Shown here piece after piece: positions 63,801 through 64,000 of a stretch of 64,000 bases of DNA. Source of the DNA: Macrostomum lignano. Its lineage: Eukaryota. The position numbers were made by a program, and so were the translations under genes. The notes beneath the pieces are model-generated. The model saw only the letters and a program-made list of their open reading frames with translations, was not told the origin of the DNA and ran no database searches. Position 1 is the first letter of the stretch; each line of letters begins with the position of its first letter. Location of the stretch: NCBI GenBank assembly GCA_002269645.1, contig NIVC01000527.1, positions 310,001 to 374,000 on the forward strand, read 5' to 3'.

Positions 63801-64000
63801 AGTCGCGCTTTGACTGCGCACGCGACCTCTCCGCCGTCCACCTGGCAAGCATCAACCAGATCCTGGATCCCTGGCTGTACATCCTGCTGCGCAAGTCCAA
63901 CTTCCTGCGCGCCTGGCGCATTGTCCGCCGGTTTAACTGGTGCGGCCGGTCGACCGGGGCGGCGGATCGCGGCGGCGATAACGGCGTCGCCAGGCGGCGA
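57879..64000 (+). CDS. Prostanoid-receptor-family class A GPCR; exon 1 57879-58718, exon 2 from 63773, continues past the window
   Basis: GNLLAL (TM1), MSIER (TM3), QYPATWCF (ECL2 prostanoid signature), phase-0 intron after CWSPLM in TM6, exon 2 IRLV...DLSAVHLASINQILDPWLYILLRK (TM7). Confidence 0.92.
58800..59880. repeat. ~23-bp minisatellite in the GPCR intron (gagattctccctggaatccctcc)
   Basis: Degenerate at the 5' end, homogeneous toward the 3' end. Confidence 0.9.
60395..61930. repeat. 17-bp pyrimidine-rich minisatellite (ctgtctccctctc(ccac/acag))
   Basis: Tandem units; source of the spurious 570-630 aa ORFs. Confidence 0.93.
62856..63640. repeat. ~25-bp pyrimidine-rich minisatellite (ctgtctccatgtctccctctcccac)
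   Basis: Related to the 17-bp unit at 60395-61930. Confidence 0.92.

Overview
Eukaryotic (metazoan) genomic DNA, standard code, with GC-rich exons and GT-AG introns. Most long introns carry their own minisatellite, a layout reminiscent of macrostomid flatworms (inference only). Host genes: an 8-exon F-BAR/HR1/SH3 adaptor, a 2-exon low-complexity orphan, CAF-1 p60 (CHAF1B), a BarH-class homeobox gene (minus), an intronless atypical Rab-like GTPase (minus) and a prostanoid-receptor-family GPCR that runs off the right edge. Mobile DNA: a truncated mariner, a Merlin deletion derivative with TIRs and 8-bp TSD nested in a hAT-like MITE, a decayed RTE-like LINE, a PHD-bearing MULE interrupted by a solo LTR and a hAT MITE, a CORE-like tRNA-derived SINE, and hAT/MULE relics inside a ~9.5 kb nearly CpG-free block. 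The top candidate for novelty is at the left edge and is missed by the ORF track: a spliced gene joining the C-terminal catalytic half of a tyrosine recombinase, via an Ala/Ser repeat linker, to an MSH6/NSD-type PWWP chromatin-reader domain. All family calls come from motif recognition by eye; no database searches were run.
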